From an uncultured candidate division Zixibacteria bacterium (GTDB lineage: Bacteria > Zixibacteria > MSB-5A5 > RBG-16-43-9), in the NCBI GenBank assembly GCA_963713865.1, contig OY970208.1, positions 1,312,001 to 1,376,000 of the forward strand: DNA of 64,000 nt, in the 5' to 3' direction. The position numbers and the translations under genes are program-made. The notes beneath the pieces were generated by a model, which was not told the origin of the DNA, did not search any database, and saw nothing but the letters and a program-made list of their open reading frames with translations. Shown one piece after another: positions 61,472 through 64,000 of the stretch; position 1 is the first letter of the stretch, and each line of letters starts with the position of its first letter.

Positions 61472-63961
61472 ATGGTTATGGGAATTGTTTCCTGGTATAA
61501 GAAAGACCCAAGCAATGTTCGGTTATCGGTAATGGTTTTTTTAATTGCCTTTATAGTTTATTTATACACTATGGCACCCACAGTCCCCTTCTGGGACTGC
61601 GGTGAGTTTATCGCCTGTTCTTATATCCTGGCGATACCGCATCCACCCGGCACTCCTTTATTTGTCCTGATAGGGCGGATATTCAGCTTATTGCCCATCT
61701 TCGGGGCGATAGCTCCACGAGTCAATTTCATCTCGGTTTTATCATCCGCCTTAACTGTTTGGATAGCCTATTTATTTATCGTGCGGGTGATGGGGCACAT
61801 TTTAAAAGGTAAAGAAGGTACATTGGTAAAGCTTTCCAGTTATGTGGGAGGTATATCAGGCAGTTTATTTTTAGGATTTTCATATACCTTCTGGTCGAGT
61901 GCCGTAGAGGCGGAGGTATATGGAACATCGATGTTTTTGATGGTTTTGATTGCCTATTTAGGATTATTGTGGTGGGAGAGAAGGGGTGAGCCTGACTCAG
62001 ACCGGCTACTGGTTTTAATCGGTTTCTTAGGAGTGTTATCTACTGGCATCCACATGACGGTCTATCTTATAATGCCCCCGATATTTCTATTAGTCATCAT
62101 GGAGGATAAGAGCAAGTTAAAAGACATCCGGTTCTGGGTAAGCGGTATAATTTTATCTTTGGTGATGTTCACCTTAATTCCCTTTTTAGTCTCCTTGCTC
62201 ATCTGGCTTCTGATAAGTTTTGTATTCTGGCAGTTAAATCCCCATTCAAGAGCCTGGAATTTTATATTTGCCCTGGTTTTATTTGCCTCCCTGGGGTATA
62301 CTGTGCAGTTATATATCCCGATAAGGTCGGCTTTAGAGCCAGCCATAGATGAGAACGATCCGAAAGACTGGAACAGTTTTCAGTATTTTTTAGGGCGCAA
62401 GCAGTATGGACAGGTATCCATGGTTCAGCGGATGTTCACCCGTTTGGGCAGCTGGAAAAATCAGTTTGGAGTGAATGAGCGGATGGGTTTCTGGGGATTT
62501 TTCCGGGAGCAGTATTTAGACAAGAGTTTGTGGTTTATCCCGATAATTTTGGGTTTATTGGGGGTAGCGGAGGGGATAAGGCGACTTAAGGGTATAGGGT
62601 GGATGTTATTGTTTTTAGTTTTGATTTCTTCAATCGGGTTGGTCGTTTATATGAATTTCGGGGATGGGACAAAGTATAATCCAATGGCTGGTGAGATACA
62701 GAGATTAGAGGTAAGAGTCCGTGATTACTTTTTCATTCCAGCATTTGTGTTTTATGCGATACTAATGGGATTAGGTATCTCCAAGCTCTTGAGTTACATC
62801 GGAGAAAGTTATGCTAAATGGAGGATAGGAGAGTTTGGAGGTAAAAGTTTAGTATACGGACTCTCAGTTATTTTCCTTTTAATGCCGCTATTTCCTCTGG
62901 AGCGGGGGCTTCATTCACCCAATAATAGACGGAACAATTATATCGCTGATGATTATGCTTATAACATTTTGAACTCCTGTGAAAAGGATGCCATACTATT
63001 TACCAACGGGGATAACGATACTTTCCCTTTATGGTTTATCCAGCAGGTGGAAAAGGTCAGAACCGATGTTAGGGTGATTAATTTAAGCCTGGCTAATACC
63101 GACTGGTATATGAAACAGCAAAAGAATTTCTGGAACGTGCCTTTAAGTTTTACTGATCACCAGTTAGAAAAATTGGCGAACATCGCATATCCTGATGGTA
63201 AAGTTTCGAGGATTCAGGATCAGATAATAGATAACATTTTGGAAACTAATAAATGGAAATATCCGATATCTTTTTCCACCACAGTTGATCCAACTAATCG
63301 GGTTTATAAAGGAAGACCTTTAGAGAGCCATCTGTTGATGGAGGGGATGGTTTACCTGTTAGTTCAAGAAGAAGGGAAGATGATGGTGAATGTGGAGAAA
63401 ACTGAAAAACTTCTGTTAGAGAAGATGAAGTTCCGGGGTCTTTCTGATTCCAGTGTATACAAGGATGAGAATGAAAAAAGGTTAACCGTGAATTATTCAA
63501 GCATCTTTCTTAATTTAGCTGATACTCTAAGAAGAGCAAAGGAATATGAGCAAGGGATCCAGATAGCCAGAAAAAATATCGAGATTCTGCCTCAGGATTG
63601 GAGACCTTATGCTTTCATAGTCCAGGTATATGCGGAGACGGATGAAATCCAGAAAGCAGAGGAGTTCATTAAAAACTCCAGAGGGATAGAGAAGGAAAGG
63701 CTCTATTTCAACTTAGGATATGCCTTTAAGGAATTAGGGAAAGAGGATAAAGCTATAGAGATTATGTATAAGATCTTGTCCTTTAACCCGAGTTTCAAGC
63801 CAGCCTATGAGTTTTTGGTAGCAACCTTTTATAAAAAACAGGATAAGGATTCTTTAGAGAAACTTCTAAGAAGATGGATTACAGATAATCCTGCAGATGA
63901 TTACGCAGCAGCTTTATTAGCCCAGCTCACCAAACCAGGGTTTGTATTTCCAAAACAGTGA
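61472..63961 (+). CDS. DUF2723 (TMEM260-like GT-C) membrane protein with C-terminal TPR-like repeats
   Basis: APTV.FWDCGEFIA, HPPGTPLF, AVEAEVY, RDYFF, FTNGDNDTFPLW..Q.VE..R.DVRV.NLSL..TDWY. Confidence 0.9.
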   Translation: MVMGIVSWYKKDPSNVRLSVMVFLIAFIVYLYTMAPTVPFWDCGEFIACSYILAIPHPPGTPLFVLIGRIFSLLPIFGAIAPRVNFISVLSSALTVWIAYLFIVRVMGHILKGKEGTLVKLSSYVGGISGSLFLGFSYTFWSSAVEAEVYGTSMFLMVLIAYLGLLWWERRGEPDSDRLLVLIGFLGVLSTGIHMTVYLIMPPIFLLVIMEDKSKLKDIRFWVSGIILSLVMFTLIPFLVSLLIWLLISFVFWQLNPHSRAWNFIFALVLFASLGYTVQLYIPIRSALEPAIDENDPKDWNSFQYFLGRKQYGQVSMVQRMFTRLGSWKNQFGVNERMGFWGFFREQYLDKSLWFIPIILGLLGVAEGIRRLKGIGWMLLFLVLISSIGLVVYMNFGDGTKYNPMAGEIQRLEVRVRDYFFIPAFVFYAILMGLGISKLLSYIGESYAKWRIGEFGGKSLVYGLSVIFLLMPLFPLERGLHSPNNRRNNYIADDYAYNILNSCEKDAILFTNGDNDTFPLWFIQQVEKVRTDVRVINLSLANTDWYMKQQKNFWNVPLSFTDHQLEKLANIAYPDGKVSRIQDQIIDNILETNKWKYPISFSTTVDPTNRVYKGRPLESHLLMEGMVYLLVQEEGKMMVNVEKTEKLLLEKMKFRGLSDSSVYKDENEKRLTVNYSSIFLNLADTLRRAKEYEQGIQIARKNIEILPQDWRPYAFIVQVYAETDEIQKAEEFIKNSRGIEKERLYFNLGYAFKELGKEDKAIEIMYKILSFNPSFKPAYEFLVATFYKKQDKDSLEKLLRRWITDNPADDYAAALLAQLTKPGFVFPKQ

Positions 63962-64000
63962 GGGTGAAATGCTGGCTTGAAAATCAGATAGAATTAAATT

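Noticed and set aside
6419-63500. Many short antisense or alternate-frame ORFs in the track (e.g. 6419-6973, 10619-11059, 40708-41160, 56413-56736)
   Set aside because: Shadows of well-supported genes on the other strand or frame.
63964-64000. Start of a further gene at the window end
   Set aside because: Only ~12 codons visible; cannot be supported.

Overview
Bacterial chromosomal window, inferred to be candidate phylum Zixibacteria or a relative. The inference rests on a C-terminal double dockerin-type repeat ending YLINYLFKGG, plus PEP-CTERM and IPTL-CTERM proteins. The window opens with a truncated methyltransferase, then tRNA-Ala(TGC), a small GIY-YIG nuclease, a deleted tRNA-Ala copy, 23S and 5S rRNA; no 16S gene is linked upstream. 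Accessory genes follow: antiporter, two MscS, adaA/ogt, PEP-CTERM, papain-dockerin protease, M16 pair, OM proteins, EmrAB, DUF401 and an ECF sigma/anti-sigma/HtrA operon. The housekeeping blocks are nfnAB-like, ackA, hbd, HNH-trpS-scpAB-cmk-plsC-ispH-rpsA, secA and FMN riboswitch-ribD-ribE-ribBA-ribH-nusB, ending with a DUF2723 gene. The most striking signal is non-coding. Intergenic DNA is packed with several families of GTAG-footed REP-like palindromes that are nested inside one another and form direct composite repeats around single accessory genes. One micro-palindrome (CCGCC-N2-4-GGCGG) also sits at hairpin tips of the 23S rRNA, the rrn terminator and the FMN riboswitch. Other oddities: an HtrA lacking catalytic His/Asp, a His-less GAF pseudokinase, a probable CTG start, three single-base frameshifts and orphan 7/8-mer tandem arrays. 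No CRISPR, integrase or transposase gene was seen. All calls are by eye; no searches were run.
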